A stretch of DNA of 6,385 nt from a virus, in IMG/VR virus record IMGVR_UViG_3300045988_073383, positions 1 through 6,385 of that record, one strand, 5' to 3'. The notes beneath the pieces were generated by a model. That model had not been told where the DNA came from. It saw nothing but the letters and a program-made list of their open reading frames with translations, and searched no databases. A program made the translations under genes and the position numbers. How positions within the stretch are numbered: position 1 is the stretch's first letter; each line of letters starts with the position of its first letter. Positions 3,855-6,385 of the stretch are shown piece after piece.

Positions 3855-4965
3855 AAACAAACTGATTAAACTTACCACTATTAAGCCACCAATCTTCTTT
3901 GAATTTACCGAACTGAGTAGAAGACTCTAGACCTTGAAGACCTAAACGAATTTGTTTCTCAAGATACTTCTTTTCAACATTAAATTTGAAATTATCACGA
4001 TAGGTAGATTGGTTACGATTCCAAATCTGATTTTGTACGTCCATCTGCTGTGTGCCTGCATTCTTCCAACCTGCCTGAGAAGATAACATGTTAGCATGAG
4101 CATTCAACCAACCTTGAGCACAATAATCAGCAGCAAGGGAAGTCTGCTTCTCGGTCCACTTCTGTTGTGCTTTAGTATAAGCAACCTGAGCAATCATCTG
4201 CTGAATAGACATTTGGGCAATATCACGCTGAGCAGGCAAAATAAAATCATTAGTAAACTTCTTCTGGGCAACATCGTAAGCGGTACCAACTTGTTGCAAA
4301 TTGGCAATGGCAACACGGGAATAACTCTCTCTTTCCTGATTTTTAGTAATATTAATAAGACTATTCATGTTAGCATTGAAAAGCTGATTACTCATTTCTT
4401 TAGCTACATTGTCAAACTTAAGACCTTGAACACGTGACATCATAGAAAGAGAATCCTCTGTATTCTTTAACTGCAAAGCCTTGACTTGTTCTTGCTGATA
4501 CTGAGCATTAATATACTGACTAGGAACCTGAGCAATCGAAGCACCTAAAGTCTGATAGCCTTGCGCAAGATGATTATAAGCTTCGGCACCTGATTGTTGA
4601 TTAGCCAGCTCGGCAGAGTTCAACGACTCGGCTTGGCCTGCCTGAATATTACCTAATGCAAAATAAGGATTAATGCCAGCATCTTCATAACGCTGACGCT
4701 GAGCAGCAGGCGTATTATAAGCATTCTGACGATTCCACTGGGCAAGATTCCACTCATTTTGATACTTTGCTAACTCAGCATTAGCCTTATTAGTCTCGCG
4801 AGTAGCTTGCAAAGATTTATCAGCGGCATGTTTAGAACCACCAAAACCAAGCAAACCACCTAATAAATTAGCACCACCAGAAAGGATAGCACCAGCAGTA
4901 AAAGGGTCAAGTTTCTGAGTAAAGGCAAAATTACCTAAACCGAGAGTATTCTGAATATGTAACAT
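3805..4965 (-). CDS. VP2: Minor capsid / DNA pilot protein VP2 (H-like), 386 aa
   Basis: ATG at 4965-4963. It has a Gly-rich hydrophobic N-terminal segment (GAILSGGANLLGGLLGFGG) and the motif NAYNTPAAQRQRYEDAGINPYFAL, which matches the conserved AG(L/I)NP block of microvirus VP2. The rest is a long Q/N/A-rich region likely to form a coiled coil. Stop TAA at 3807-3805. Confidence 0.9.
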   Translation of the reverse strand: MLHIQNTLGLGNFAFTQKLDPFTAGAILSGGANLLGGLLGFGGSKHAADKSLQATRETNKANAELAKYQNEWNLAQWNRQNAYNTPAAQRQRYEDAGINPYFALGNIQAGQAESLNSAELANQQSGAEAYNHLAQGYQTLGASIAQVPSQYINAQYQQEQVKALQLKNTEDSLSMMSRVQGLKFDNVAKEMSNQLFNANMNSLINITKNQERESYSRVAIANLQQVGTAYDVAQKKFTNDFILPAQRDIAQMSIQQMIAQVAYTKAQQKWTEKQTSLAADYCAQGWLNAHANMLSSQAGWKNAGTQQMDVQNQIWNRNQSTYRDNFKFNVEKKYLEKQIRLGLQGLESSTQFGKFKEDWWLNSGKFNQFVYGFGEYTNHVSPFKFK

Positions 4966-5019
4966 AATCTAAATAATTTAAAAATGAAACAAATAGAAAC
5001 GAATTAAAAACAAATCAGC

Positions 5020-5055
5020 ATTTTTCAGTATGATAAAATTACCAAACTGAAAAAT
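5020..5055 (-). promoter_or_regulatory. AT-rich 10-bp hairpin in the VP3-like/VP2 intergenic region; possible partial terminator or attenuator
   Basis: ATTTTTCAGT (5020-5029) is the exact complement of ACTGAAAAAT (5046-5055), with a 16-nt loop. On the coding strand the hairpin is followed by GCTGATTTGTTTTT. Confidence 0.35.
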
Positions 5056-5071
5056 ACTGAAATGTAAAATA

Positions 5072-5509
5072 CTACTCAGCTGAAGATGTAGAGTCAGCTG
5101 GTGGAGTAGAGTCAGCTGGTGGAGTAGAATCAGAAGGTGGGACAACATTCAAATCATCTAACACAGAACCAACAAACTGAGCATAATCAGCCATTTCAGA
5201 AAGAGACTGAACAGAACGAGGTTTCAAAAGCTGTAACTTAGTAGCATCATCAACACCTGAAAGAGAAGACGAATCAGGCGAAACAGAATGCAGCTTAGAA
5301 AGCAGAGAATCACGCAAAAGCGGATTATCTGTCGTGAGAATCTGAGACAACAAATCACGCAACTGACCAGTAGTAGGGTCAACTGGGAATAAATGAGCAG
5401 ACTCCTCAGCATCAAACGGAGAAGGCACAATCAACAAATCAGAAGAATGAGGAACACTATCAATATTACAAGTGTACATCTTCTTATAATGTTCATTTCT
5501 AACTAACAT
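5072..5509 (-). CDS. Acidic Ser/Asp/Leu-rich protein, 145 aa; putative internal scaffolding protein (VP3-like) by position and size
   Basis: ATG at 5509-5507 (the start at 5515 in the track is TTG), 18 nt downstream of the VP1 stop. It is acidic and low-complexity, and the C-terminal tail contains the repeat STPPAD. The functional call rests only on synteny, size and composition. Confidence 0.6.
   Translation of the reverse strand: MLVRNEHYKKMYTCNIDSVPHSSDLLIVPSPFDAEESAHLFPVDPTTGQLRDLLSQILTTDNPLLRDSLLSKLHSVSPDSSSLSGVDDATKLQLLKPRSVQSLSEMADYAQFVGSVLDDLNVVPPSDSTPPADSTPPADSTSSAE
5091..5144 (-). repeat. 18-nt tandem repeat (2 perfect copies plus 1 degenerate) inside the 3' end of the VP3-like gene
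   Basis: GAGTCAGCTGGTGGAGTA occurs at 5091-5108 and 5109-5126, and a degenerate copy GAATCAGAAGGTGGGACA at 5127-5144. Together they encode PPSDS-TPPADS-TPPADS. Confidence 0.9.
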
Positions 5510-5527
5510 AAGCAAAAATATTAAAGT

Positions 5528-6385
5528 TTAACTTAAAAGCGGTTCACCCGAAACAGACATAGGACGAATTGCCTTAATACCAATATGAGCATCAACTATA
5601 ATAGGGTCAGTATCAAGACTAGAGCCTGAAAACTGTACAGAACAAATAGAATTAAGAATCTTAGGAGACACTTTAAAACTATATACGTTATATTCCAAAG
5701 AACCATTAGCACCAACGGAGACATCACCATTGAGAACCAAACCTGTATTACGTGGAGCAGTCCAAGCACTAAGACTGCGACCGGTACAGAAAGCTCCATG
5801 TACTTTATCTACACCGGTTTTATACTCCATATAACGATTCTGATATCCAATAACCTTATCAGACCAACTTGCAGAAGAATCAAAATCAACTGGCTTAAGT
5901 AAAGAAAGCTGGAAAGAGTTCAAAGGCTGTTTACCTAAGCGATCAAACTCAGGTTGAAAAAACTGCTCAAAAGACAACTTAGTATTATGAGGGTCAACGC
6001 CAGTTGCATTATAATCAGCTTCAGGAGAGACAGAAAAAATACCCATGATAATACCATGTTCTCGAGAATCGAACACAATACGACCATCATTAACACTACT
6101 AGCTTTGCCATAAATATCACCAGTTAAACCATCGCCAACATTAGATGCAGTATTAGCAGTAGTTATAACCTCGGAGATAGAAATGGGAGCAGAAGAGCCA
6201 CCAAGGTACTGAGCTTTCCAATCATCATGAACATTAGCAGCACCGAAACGATTACGAATCTGTTCACCATAGGAACCATTTCCAGCTTGTTGTTGCAAAC
6301 GTAGAAGCTTATCCAAAGCAAAAGCAGCACGAATATTATGAACAGGAATAGACATACGAGACAAATCCTGCAAATCAGCACTATC
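5528..6385 (-). CDS. VP1: Major capsid protein VP1, C-terminal part. Bases 6331-6385 duplicate 1-55, and the true upstream continuation is 976..1.
   Basis: The frame is open to the window edge, and the M at 6373 in the track is actually an in-frame TTG (Leu). The sequence ...IRAAFALDKLLRLQQQAGNGSYGEQIRNRFG...AQYLGG... resembles the conserved central block of microvirus VP1. Stop TAA at 5530-5528. Confidence 0.93.
   Translation of the reverse strand, partial: DSADLQDLSRMSIPVHNIRAAFALDKLLRLQQQAGNGSYGEQIRNRFGAANVHDDWKAQYLGGSSAPISISEVITTANTASNVGDGLTGDIYGKASSVNDGRIVFDSREHGIIMGIFSVSPEADYNATGVDPHNTKLSFEQFFQPEFDRLGKQPLNSFQLSLLKPVDFDSSASWSDKVIGYQNRYMEYKTGVDKVHGAFCTGRSLSAWTAPRNTGLVLNGDVSVGANGSLEYNVYSFKVSPKILNSICSVQFSGSSLDTDPIIVDAHIGIKAIRPMSVSGEPLLS
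6331..6385. repeat. Terminal redundancy (right copy) marking a circular contig
   Basis: Identical to 1-55. Confidence 0.97.

Noticed and set aside
4096-4437. Plus-strand ORFs antisense to VP2 and Rep: 4096..4437, 1798..2034 and 2314..2589
   Set aside because: They are antisense to well-supported genes, have no recognisable motifs, and sit in a genome where every supported gene is on the other strand, which is the expected mRNA sense for a microvirus.

Overview
The window is a complete, circularly permuted genome of a small ssDNA phage of the family Microviridae. Bases 1-55 are identical to 6331-6385, so the unit genome is 6330 nt and the window ends are an assembly overlap. All credible genes lie on the minus strand, so the given strand is the complement of the T-rich, mRNA-sense viral strand. 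They appear to form one tightly coupled unit, in this order: 67-aa ORF, 63-aa predicted lipoprotein, rolling-circle Rep/VP4 (524 aa), major capsid VP1 (592 aa, split by the window junction), acidic VP3-like protein (145 aa), pilot/minor capsid VP2 (386 aa), a possible small membrane peptide, then a strand-specific intrinsic terminator. Three things point to a Bacteroidetes-infecting, Alpavirinae-like microvirus (inference): the large VP1 and VP4, the AT-rich leaders lacking Shine-Dalgarno sequences, and two TAnnTTTG boxes. The main anomaly is a gap of about 0.57 kb between the terminator (3618-3656) and the promoter-like boxes (3024-3047) with no convincing ORF on either strand. It contains a GC-rich island of about 340 nt (3279-3617) packed with perfect stem-loops, competing long-range pairings and G/C tracts. 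I cannot assign this element to any family by eye. Secondary points of interest are the small lipoprotein upstream of Rep and a small hydrophobic ORF that ends exactly at the terminator; both are candidate lysis or exclusion functions. No tRNA, rRNA, CRISPR array, integrase or transposase is visible.
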